A stretch of DNA of 64,000 nt from Amphiscolops sp. MND2022 (taxonomy: Eukaryota), in assembly GCA_964187785.1 (NCBI GenBank), contig OZ076409.1, positions 45,076,001 to 45,140,000 on the forward strand, read 5' to 3'. A program made the translations under genes and the position numbers. The notes under the pieces are model-generated. The model was not told the origin of the DNA. It saw only the letters and a program-made list of their open reading frames with translations, and ran no database searches. Position 1 is the stretch's first letter; each line of letters begins with the position of its first letter. Positions 33,478-44,564 of the stretch are shown here, piece after piece.

Positions 33478-36400
33478 TCAAGAATCTTCCAAAGACGCAA
33501 TAGATAGTGAGCTTCCAGTGGTGAAAGTGGTTCTGCTAGTTGTTCTCCCGGATGCGGATACTGGCTGTTTTTGTTCAGCCACGCCCGTTTTGTTCCCCTT
33601 TCTTGGCCTTCTCACGATGGTATCCGGGTTCACTTGTCTTTCAACCAGTCGTCCGGAATTGGGTCTCCCTTGAGAACGAGGGGTAGGGGTAGTAATGGCT
33701 GCCATCGAGGAATAGACTTTTCTGGCTGTGTCGGTGTTGAAACTCTGTCTCGAGTTAGATCGAGAGTTAGAATATTTTGGATAATTGCAGTGAGAAGCTG
33801 AAGATTTGGGGCGAAAAGGTTTACCAAGAGTGTCTGCTTCAAGAAGTCTTATGTCTTCTCTGAAAAAAAAACACTATTTTGAAAATGAAAAGTTGAACTG
33901 CTGAGTCTCAGGATCGTTTTTCTCAAATTACCCAGTATCTGAGATTTTAAAGCCTCGCCAAAATCTTGAAAGAATGTTGACAACATCATGAAAGATCTTT
34001 AATCTTGAATATCCAGACAAAATCTTTGCTTTTATTTTGGATATTTTTACAAGATCTTGGATACTTATTTGGACTTCTTCGATGATCTTTTGAAATGAAA
34101 ATTTTATTCAATGATCTTGATAATGTCAAACGCTTGATAAGCTTTAGTTAATTCTTGCATATATCTTAAGAAAAAACATTTTTTTCTACCCGATTAAAGA
34201 GGAACCGGAATAGTACGTCAAGGAATAACTTCTATAACAATCAAGTTTCTCAAGTTAACATGAATGAGCATTTCATCAACAATCAGAAATTTTTAGATGA
34301 TATTCCCTTATCTATAGATATATTTCCCGGTTCACGTGATTAAGCAGATTTAGTTCCGGGAATTACTTCTTTATCTGATTATGCTTAGAAAATATTTTGC
34401 TATCGATCGGCCGAATAAGCGTCGTCTCGAAGCTGTGGTTTCTAAGTTGCTTGCTCTAGCAAAACAAAACGAAGACGTGACGAAAAATTTCTTGCGGATA
34501 ATTTTTCACAGGAAGAATTTGCTTGGCTTACAGCTCTCCCGGAAAGTTAACCCTAAATGGACCATGGTACGATTTCGTACCAGTTAAATTCTGGAAACTT
34601 CTAAACGCACCAGCTGACCGTATGGTGAAGAAATCTCTCGAATAAGATTTTCAGACGATTTTACATAGCATTGCACGCCTTTTCATGGAATATTGACATG
34701 ATGTCTCCGAAATCATGAAAATGGGACCAAAAAATCAGAAAAAAATTGAGGGTAGATTTTCCATTTTTCCAGTTTTCGTTTCTAGCCTTTTTATCCCACT
34801 GGTATCAAGATTGGGTCAAAGTGACTCTAGCATGTGTTGAAACATGCTGGAAGGCAATCAGAAACGCAAAGTTTTGGCGCAAAGTCCGGAGCCAGTGCGG
34901 CGAACATTCTCAGAGTTAACCGGCCAATAAGATAGGTTTTAGCGACAGTAACAATCTTCGTGGGCAAACTAGAAGTATTTCAGAGGTAATTCACTGAAAT
35001 GGGAATCACTTTGATTTTCAGTGTTGTTTTTTTTTGGAGAAAAACCCATAGAAAACTTGAATATTGGAATATTTTGATTGATTCCATCGTGTTGATTCTA
35101 AAATTTGTATCATTGTGTTCATAACATGAAAATACTTCTTATTAGTCGGCGCTTCATGAAGTGAAACGCGACTAATATAGTGACTCTTTTTTTCAATCCA
35201 CACGAACTGACCAAAATAGTTCTTGAAAGTTATACAAAATATTATTGCACCAAATTGCACCATTTGCCCTAGCGAACTGAACCAAAAAGGTTTTTCCTGT
35301 TTTCCCGCGTAACATACCATACTAAAGGGCGAGACCAAAGGGTCCCCTCTTCAGTTTTTCTTTGATATTTTACAACAGAATGGGTGTTTAAAAATCCCAA
35401 AGGGTCCCCTTTCAGTTTTTCGGCATTGTGAGACTTTTCGAAAATTTGTTTTTTCCCCAAAGGGTCCCCTTCAACTGCGACAAAAATGTTGACAATTTCG
35501 GAAGTGCCTCCGTTTTAGCGCGCCAGGTCCATTTTTTTGGTTTTTCGATTTTCGAGTACTGTAAATTGACACTTGGAAGTCTTTTTTGCTATTTTTGAGC
35601 CTTGGATATGGCGCCGACTTGGGCCGGTCCCGGCTTGTTTTTTAATATATGGCTAAAAGACATTCAAACCATTCATCTCACCTTCGACTGGCAGGTCTGG
35701 ATCTGGATCGGGGACTGTCTGGGATGGAGAGCTTTTTGAGACAGGAAACTGTGTTTAGCCACTGCTGCTCTGTGGCCTGGTTCCAGAACATCGGACAGTC
35801 ATTCAGTCCACGGTTGATGCTCTTGATCTGGCACTGGGTAAGGATGTCGTAGATTACTGTTCTCTGAGCTTGCGACAGTTCATCCCAGTTTTTCAGCAAT
35901 GTCCTCCCTTTAATGAGCTTCAAACTTACTTGGATTTCTCTCAATCTTTCGAATTTCAACAAAATTTTACTGCAATATTCTAGTTCTGGTTCCAAATCTG
36001 AGGCTCTGGAATATGTAACTAAAGATGAATGTTTTGTTTTGGATGAAAGAAATCTTGGCTTAAGATCAATTGATCTCCATGGAACTTGCAAGAAAATTCC
36101 ACTTTCCAATTCGATCTTGGTGACCCCGGCCGAAGTTTTATTTTGGCACATATCTGGTCCGCGTGCTCAAGTAAAGCAACGCTGCCATTTTTAGTCGGCG
36201 CTTTTCTTTAGAAAAGAGTCGACTATAGTCATGGCTTTTCGTCAGTGTTTTTTAAGACCACCTGAACTGACCAAAATAGTTCTACCAAAAGTTCTACAAA
36301 ATTTTCAGAAGACGCCAAAATGTACCTGTTGGCCCAAGGAACTGAACCAAAAAGGTTTCCCGCGTAACATACAATACCGGAAGAGACCAAAGGGTCCATT

Positions 36401-37738
36401 TTTTCTTCACTGTGCGACCTTTCAAAAAAACTTTTTTCACCACCCCCCTTCAATTTTTTTGGAGTTTTGCAACAGAATGGATGTTGAAAAATCCCAGAGG
36501 GTCCTCCCTTTCAGTTTTTATGGAGTTTTGCAACAGAATGGATGTTGAAAAATCCCAAAGGGTCCTCCCTTTCAGTTTTTTTCGGCATCGTGAGACTTTT
36601 TCAATTTTTATTTCATAAAAGTAGTTCCAATTCACCAATACTTGGAAATGTTGAAGTCCTTTTGCTTTTTTTGAGCCTTGGATATGGCGCCGACTTGGGC
36701 CGTTCCCGGCTTGTTAAACTCAAAGTTGCGGTGCTAAATTAACTGATCTTTTTCCATTTAAAAGACACCGATGTTTTTCAGGCTCCAGGCAAACGAGGAA
36801 AATTTTGAGCGGAATGAAAAGTAGAGATCTGTTCATAGAAATGGTTGGTTTCCCATCAGAAGTGCTCATTTTTGAGAGAATTTGTCTAATCGTAAAACTG
36901 ATAGTTGAAACCACAAGAGCAGGAGGTACTAACCTTGAACTGTCTCGTCGTAGGATTTGGAAATTTGATCAACAAGTTTCTTCAAACAAGCCTCTCTCAA
37001 CTGTAGAGTCTCTTCCTTTCTTAGCTGAAGGGATCGCTGCGAAAGAGTCTTCAAAGCGAACTCTCCTCTCTTCTGACAGAACGGCTGCACTTTCTTCACG
37101 ATACCCTCGTTTAGTCCTACAAATTTCAGACTCTCGTCAAAAACAGCTATGATTATCTGAGTTTGCGTGAACTTGAATTAACCCTGGATTTTGGGGAAAA
37201 TTTTACACAAACGTTTTGTTTAATGAAAATAAGAGATTAAATGCATAAGAATTCAAGCAAATTAGAATAATTTATCCAAAATTAGTTGAGTCGAAATTGC
37301 AATAGGTTGAAAGTGTGTGCAATGGAAATGGCAGCAGTCGAATAAACATATGTTGATTTTGTTTGTATTGGTCAAAATAACATGTAGCCATGAAAAAGTG
37401 GTTCAGGTCAAATCCAAATTTCTTCAAACCCTGGAAACTTTATGTGTAAGATTTCCATACCCTTTAATTCAACCATATTCAAGAACATAAGTTTTTTGTC
37501 AAAACATTTTTTTCAAAATTAGGATTTCCCTGGAACAAAGTTTGGCTCCACTCGTTAAAATACAGCGAGGTTTTACCTAAATTGCGGAGCTCGACTGCAG
37601 TCCATTCACTGAGATCGATGTTTGTGGCCAACTCCACGCCTTGCTTGTTCTTCACTTTGCCCATCCGATCCAGTGGCAACTGCCCACGAGTACTGAAGCC
37701 ATGCTGTTGCTCAAGAAACTTCACGTCTAAGCCGCAAT
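33478..37738 (-). CDS. Multi-exon gene of unknown function; exons 37738-37577, 37116-36934, 36018-35682, 33859-33478 (5' end lies upstream)
   Basis: Four open exons with canonical AG/GT boundaries and matching phases (1,1,2): CGLDVKFLEQQ...RNL|G LNEGIVKK...ETVQ|V TYSRASDLE...PASR|R EDIRLLEAD...SLEDS*. No domain recognised. Confidence 0.65.
34547..34960 (+). repeat. ~400-bp interspersed repeat, copy 2
   Basis: Highly similar to 25069-25473. Confidence 0.75.
35143..35638 (+). mobile_element. HINE/DINE-1-like element
   Basis: 5' subTIR TAGTCGGCGC with nearby inverted GCGACTA; 3' GCGCCGACT, hairpin and CTTGT. Confidence 0.78.
36192..36714 (+). mobile_element. HINE/DINE-1-like element
   Basis: Same termini as 35143-35638; internal ~61-bp tandem duplication at ~36460-36580. 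Confidence 0.78.
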
Positions 37739-39614
37739 CTAAACAGAAAAGTTATTCATCCACTATACCAATTGGATTCAACTGACTAGACACTCACGTT
37801 TACGTGAGAACAAAACAGTTGAAGATGGATCTCCGTGACCCCATTAGACTTGAATTCTATGGCAAAAATATACAACCAGATTTGACGAGTCCTAGTCAGA
37901 CTGCTTAAGTCGGGATTAAATCAGCGTGTATCTTCTTAACATACCAGGTTGACCGTCAACACCCTCACAAAACACAATTTTCACTTTCGCTAGTACTAAT
38001 AGTCAATCATAGTCAATAAAACATTTTTTTATGAGTAGACTCGTCATGGAGTAATTCACATTACGGTTATTACTAGGCGAGCTGAACTGTCGTGAAATTT
38101 TATACAAGAAATTTCATGACAACGAAGTTTATGCAAACCTTCATCGTACTACGCTCTTATTAATCGTGGAACTCATGATACGACTTCTGCTGAGAAGTAC
38201 ACGTCTTCTGATAAACGATCGAGTTTGGCCATATAAGGTAGAATTTTTGTTCATTTGTGCGACGGCTCAACTTTTGTCTCGAGTATTCAGTCAAAACTTA
38301 TTTCAGTATTGATGTTGTTTGGAATTTACAGCTAGGACTGCGGGGATTTCTCCCGATGTGTTTTAGAAGAGACACTGTGAACTTGATGCTTATTACTGTT
38401 TTTCGTTTCATTGAGAAACGAATCATCTTAATTTTCGACGGTTTCTTTCCACTAAATTTTGCCATAACTTTTTATAACTTCCATTACGACGCCAATCGGG
38501 GAAGTTTTGATTTTTTCAAGAATTGACAAAAGTTGGTTTCCGCACCCACCAAAATGTGTTTTCAAGAATTCACAAAAGTTGTGCACTTCGAAGAAATTGA
38601 GCGTGCCGCCAAAATGATTGAAGATTCCACACACTGATATTAGCAGTGTAAAAAATGAATTTTTCAAGAGAAAAAATTGCTTTGAGAGCAAAAGCAATGA
38701 GAGCAAAAAAGCAATGAGAAAAATGCTTTGTGGATTCTTCATATTAATGATAATCTATGCTGCACATGTAACAGCATTGGTGTGAGGATTCTTGGCATTC
38801 TGTCATTTCTTGTCACTCTTTTGCCTAAGGGGTTAACTCGATTTTACCTCAAAGGTGGAAATTCTTCCTCTGCGTGGGATCAACTCGCACTGAAACTTTT
38901 TTTTTGTTTCCGAAGGTAGAGAAAATTCCCCTCTTTGGGAGTTTTTCGGCACTATGCACTGAACATTTAAAACCAGAGCCCACCTTTAATTTTTGCATAA
39001 ACAAAGGGTTTTGCGAGCATAGAGTCCACCTTAGGGTTTTTGGCACTGTGCGACTTACCGATGAAACTTTTACTTCGAAAAAAAGGCCTCACTTATTCTG
39101 TTTTTGTTTGGAGAAATTTTTTCTTTTAAAGAAAACAGTTTTCGAGTCCTAAGGGTGACGTCTTTGGTTATTTTTTGGTCTTGTGGGATTATTGAGTTTT
39201 TCAATAGTGGTAAAAAAGACCTTTTTCGGCTCTGTGCGATTTTTAACGAAATTTTTCTCTTAGTTCGAGCCTCAAAGTCACACCCTTGCGTAATTTCCAC
39301 ACAGTATACGACTTTTTCCGAACAAAAGTTTTCCGGAAAAGATTACGAAATCGTGTTAGGAAATGGATGTTTTCTGTTGAATTTTTTAAAAAATTCCTGG
39401 AAGTTCTTTGGAAATGCAAGAGTATATGATGGCTGCACTTCTCATTTGTTCCATCTTGTAAGTCGGATCATTTTGTAAGTCTAAAGCATTTTGTGATTAG
39501 ATTTTCTGATCAGAGCACACACAGTATCTCAATGGCGCCGGTACCTGGCCTAGTGATTAGGGAGCGTGCTCCGCAAGCATTAAGACTTGTGTTCGAACCA
39601 CGCGTATAACATTT

Positions 39615-40070
39615 TAGTCGCCGCTTCAGGAAGTGAAACGCGACTATTATAGTGACTCTTTTTTCAATCCAAACAAACTGACCAAACTGGTTCTGCAAAA
39701 GTTCTACGAAATATGGTGTCAAATTGAACCATTTTGCCTTGCGAACTGAACCAAAAAAGTTTTTCTTGTTTTTCCGCGTAACATACAGTACCGGGCGAGA
39801 CAAAAGGGGCCCCATTTCAGTTTTTTCAGCATTGTGAGTCTTTTTGATTTTTTTCCTCAAAGGGTTCCCCTTCAATTTTGCTACAATGGATGTTAAAAAA
39901 ATCCGGAAGCCTCCGCCCTTTTAGCGAGCCGGGAGCCCGCTAGGGCGGTGCGCCAATTCGGTCCAACGTTTGGGTTTTTCGGGTACTGTAAAAGAATACT
40001 TGACAATTTGAAGTCCTTTTGCTATTTTGAGCCTTGGATATGGCGCCGACTTATGCCGTTCCCGACTTGT
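39615..40070 (+). mobile_element. HINE/DINE-1-like element, preceded by a tRNA-like sequence (~39535-39605)
   Basis: TAGTCGCCGC...GCGACTA 5' end; GGCGCCGACTTATGCCGTTCCCGACTTGT 3' end. Confidence 0.75.
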
Positions 40071-40159
40071 TTGTAAAGCTGGAGAAGACCAAAAGGAGTC
40101 ACTTCAATGTTTTTTGTCGGCACTTACGAAGTGAAAACCTACTATAGCAGTGGCTCTTT

Positions 40160-40506
40160 TAGTCGGCGTTTTTCTAGAGAAACGAGTCGACTATAGTCAT
40201 GGATTTTCGTCAGTGTTTTTTTTTCGATACACCTGAAGTACCAAAAAGTTCTACAAGTTCTACAAAGTGTCAAATTAAATTGAACCATTTGGCCTAGCGA
40301 ACTGAACCAAAAAAGTTTTTTCTTTTTTCCGCGTATTCTACATTACCGGTCGAGACTGAAGGGTCCCCCTTTCAGTTTTTTTTCGGCATTGTGTTACTTT
40401 TTTTGAATTTTTTCCTGCTGTAGAAGAGAATACTTTGACACTTTGAAATCCTTTTGGTCTTTTTGAGCCTTAGATATGGCGCCGACCTGGGCCGGTCCCG
40501 GCTTGT
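40160..40506 (+). mobile_element. HINE/DINE-1-like element
   Basis: TAGTCGGCG...GTCGACTA 5' end; GGCGCCGACCTGGGCCGGTCCCGGCTTGT 3' end. Further degenerate copies at ~23790-24315, ~38900-39300, ~40640-41004 and (minus) ~31130-31500. Confidence 0.75.
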
Positions 40507-41018
40507 TTAAGGAGACACGAAGTAACATTTAAATAAAAATAAGTAATACAGTAACTTCTAACTTGGATTTTGTTTGAAATTTTCTGCAACGGAAACCCTT
40601 TTCCGAGTCCTAAGTGTGACCATATTGATGATTTTTTGTTCCTGTGAAGACATACGTTGTTTTTGGCACTGTGGAACTTTTCTTCCGATTGATTTTTTCG
40701 TTTGGTCAAAGTGTACTTCCTTCACATTCACAAAGTTTTCGGCTTGAAAAAAAAGCGTTTTGCGAGGTTGAAGTTCCATTTTTGGCACTATGAGACTTTT
40801 TTATTTAGAAAAAATTTTGAGTGAAAAGTTGTTTTTCAGAAAAATGGGTTTTTTGACAGTTCCAGTTGGGAAAAATGGGTTTCCAGGCTTATGCGTATCC
40901 CTGTATTGATTACAATTTAACAATAGTGTTTTTGCATATTCAAAAAACTTGTTTTTTCAAAAAAAACTTGAGCGAATTGTGGACTTGGGCCCTTCCCGGC
41001 TTGTTACTTTATAGTAGG

Positions 41019-43533
41019 TGTTACGACATGCTAACGAGACGTTTTGAGTTGAACTTATCCTCACTGACTTCGTAGGGGTATAGAAGTTTCTTGTTTCCTC
41101 TTCTACTTCTTCCTCTGTATTCTCCCTAATGGTTCCCCTTGTTTCAGGTTTCAAGAGTTTCAACATTTCCTTCTGAGATTCGACAAGAAGATTCTTAATC
41201 TCTGATGTTATTTCCTCTTTCAAGGAAGCCCTTAAACTTTCTAAGAGGCTGTTCTCAATCCGGGGGGATTTTGAGTTAGAGGGCCCCGCTACCTCATCGT
41301 CCTGGTTTAAGGAACAAGGATTTCCTACTACTATGGGTGAAATTAAGCCTTCACTTACGTTCTCATTGGTGCTTTGCTGACCATTCCTTCTTTTCTGGCT
41401 TCTTGTTGTTGACATTTTGTAGAAAAGTTTGATCTTGAAGAATTGATTTCTTTCAGATATATTTTCTAACAAGGTAGAACAAGGCAAGAGTTTGATGAAA
41501 TTGAAAATTCAACTGAATTGTGCAATTACAAAAGACTGAGTCCCTCAGTTAGCTAAAATCATCGTATATATACCCTCCTAGCATCATTTGATCACGAGTT
41601 AAGTCCTAATTTCCTTCGAATAATTAGTCATTTCCTGTATTTTCGGTGCAAAAATCATTTTGTTCCCAATTTTACGTCGACATTCCGTCAAATTTTAAGA
41701 CACGGCAAATCTAATCTAGCATTAGTCATCAACCGTAATCATATTATTTCAGCTCGGCGTCCTTTTGTTTCCTCCCAAGCAGGAAGTAGATATTACTTCA
41801 GTCTGTCAAACCGGAAATATTTCCCTGTTTTGCTGCTTTGGTTCGCAAGAAACTGACGCTGAGGTGACGCCGGCATGAACAACTAATGCCTGAATTTTGA
41901 TATTTCGCTCGGGAAAAATGCTATGACTAATGTTTTCAGCTCTGTAATTTCCAATGATGCTAAGAAGGAAATGAAATTAAGATTAAAGAATTAGCAACAA
42001 CCTCGAATTAGTTTCAAATTAAATAATTAATGGTTAACAAAATAAAACAACGACACATTGACGCTTGATGGCTTGATAGACTAAATTGTCTAATTCAGAC
42101 TTCTGCCCCAATTTAATAATATTTCAATCACAAATGCTGACTGATATTATTTTAGCATTCATCCGATGAATATACATAACACTCTGTCAACAGATTTTAA
42201 CTTGCACGTAAAATAATATTTCGAACAAAAAGTTTGACGACGTGAGAACGGCACTTTGTGGATTTTCTGAACAAGCAAGAGTTCAAAACCTTTTATCATC
42301 AGATCTTAATCATTACAAAAATGTACAATAGCAACACAAACATTTATTCTGAATTTATGCACATTGGGGTCAAAGCAATGACCATCCTGATTAGGGGACG
42401 ACGACGTACCGGCGTCCAATTAAACACAACAAGGTAATAGCACACGCTTTATGTAGTACAAAATACAAACGTATGAAAATTTATTTCCAATACGAAAACA
42501 CTATCGATTTACTTTCGTCATGCCCATAAACTGTGACTTTCACCTACATTACACGGGGATTTCCATTTCAACTTAAGTTTTAGAGCAGAATTAACCCGGC
42601 AAAGGAAATATTTGACGGAAACGTGGCGTAGGTCCTCAAATTCCCTACTAATTGTCTTGTTAAATCACCAAACACTTTAAACTTATTCCTAGCACTAATT
42701 AGTTTGATTGATATTCATCATAACTTTTGGATGGATTAAAACAACTTGTTTTGATGGAATTTGGACGTACCGTGGACGTACGTATTAGTATTAGGCCTGG
42801 TCCAGAATAGTGGACGTAACGTGGACGCAAATTTGAAGTAAGAATTAGTCCGCGCCTAGAAGACAACACCGTGACGTCACTATGGCGGAAAATTGGAATG
42901 ATTTTAAGTAGTGTCACTAATATAGGCGGTAAATTGGAATGGTTCTCTAGTGAGCGCGGACGGAACGGTGACGTCACACTATATACTTTCAAGTCTGCTT
43001 CTTACCGACATCTAATATACATGTATTCTTTATTTTGTTTACTTAGCGCAGTGCCAACGTCCTAATCCGTACTAATTGCTGTTCAAAGTGCAATTAAGCT
43101 GCCTTTCTTAGAAAAGGAGTGAATATCTCAATGTGTCATCTCAATGTAGTTTCTATTTTAGATTCAGATAATGTCCTTTTTCCAATGGTGATTTTGGATA
43201 TATTTTCATTTAGATCGGTCTATGGTCTTTATTTCACGACGTGTTTTAATTTAGTTTTCAGGTGGCGAATGTTTCTATTTTGGCGCACTAAGGACGTCCT
43301 ACCGGATATGTGTGAAATCATCTTATTTCAAATTAGTTTCTGTTTTCATTTTTGTTTAAACTTTTCGTAAGTTGGACGTTCGTTTTCGTATTCTTAGTCA
43401 CAGTTTATTCCAAAGATAAGGTTTTAAAGTTACCAGTTAAAATAAGATTTGGGGAATCTCAGATTGCCTCCGTGACCTCTCCCGATCTTCAGTCGTCTGC
43501 AACCACAAGCCAGACCGGGAGCGGGCTGTGACA
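41019..43533 (-). repeat. 3' LTR (2515 bp)
   Basis: TGTTACG...TGTGACA. ORF-track entries 42699-42992/56406-56699 and 43119-43370/56826-57077 are identical. Confidence 0.96.
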
Positions 43534-44127
43534 GGGCCGCTCTAGTAGGAAGATTGACTCTGCCCGGGGCTCTGAGTTGTGAAGCAATTGTCGGAGTAGT
43601 GGCGACTGGCTGTACTCTCCTCTCCAAATCGTTCAAAGGACTTGACTGCAAGAAATTTATCATCCTTGGCGTTCCCGGCGGGGTGTTGAAGTAAGAAGAG
43701 GCGTCTTCCTGGTGCACTTTTTCGAGATATTCTGCTACTTTACTGCTCGTTGTCGATTCTTTATCGTCTGCCGAGGGTTCAACAACAAATATGTCAGATG
43801 ACAAGCTCTCATCAGGGCTCTCTGGAGAGTCGGCCATTACTTCTTCTTCGGGGCTTTCCGACTGTGGGTATTGACCCGATTCCACAGTTTCGAAGCTCGT
43901 GCTGAGTTTCATTCTTTTGCATTCAGCTTCCAGGGAGTCTAGAGAGAGGTCGAGAAATTCTTCCTCATCTGCAGTAGCTTCCGCAGACGAGTTCAGTATT
44001 TCGACAATTATTCTGGGATATTCTTTGTTGCCCTGGGTAGCGGGGTAGAAGCCCTCGTGATTTCACCTTCCTCTTCGCTTGACGACGAGATGTCGATCAA
44101 TTCGTATATATCTAGTAGATTATTCAT
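43430..44127 (-). pseudogene. Extra sense-strand acidic Ser/Pro-rich ORF (frameshifted near ~44050; 160-aa part at 43430-43912) running into the 3' LTR
   Basis: MNNLLDIYELIDISSSSEEEGEIT... (ATG 44127) shifts into a frame open through ...EEEFLDLSLDSLEAECKRMKLSTS...PKSYFNW*. Confidence 0.5.
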
Positions 44128-44282
44128 CTTCTTTGTGAGGTTTCTTTCCTTTTGCAGCTGTCGTTCGTATTTAATTGTCCCACAATGAATTTGGGATTAA
44201 TTAGGATTAAGGAGAATATTGGGATAAATCCCTCCATTCTGATTGGTTAATCAATCATTTTTAATCCTTTTAATCCTCGCGT

Positions 44283-44533
44283 GTTGACGTTATGTCAGCG
44301 TCGCGTTTTTATTGGCTGCAAATTAAAATAATCCGCTTAGCCAAACTTGTCAACGTTATGCTGACGTCATTCCGTTAGCTAGGCTAACTTTGTTTTGTCA
44401 TCGTTATGATGACGTCATTATAGATTATAGGATTAATTTTTTAACCCTAATAACCTTTTTGTCGACGTTATGCCGACGTCAATTTCGTTGGCGGTTACCA
44501 ACTTTATGTTTTGTCACCGTTATGATGACCTCA
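44283..44533. promoter_or_regulatory. Five copies of a GTCNNCGTTATG(N)2-3GACGTCA-like motif (CRE/ATF-like) in a putative bidirectional promoter
   Basis: Copies start at 44283, 44349, 44397, 44461 and 44513, with ATTGG (CCAAT) boxes nearby. The region lies between two divergent ORFs. Confidence 0.55.
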
Positions 44534-44564
44534 TTTTGGGTTTGTTTTCAGATTGTCCTTTGAG

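Noticed and set aside
42699..43370. Short LTR-internal ORFs (and their copies at 56406-57077)
   Set aside because: Their conservation only reflects LTR identity; no recognisable domains.
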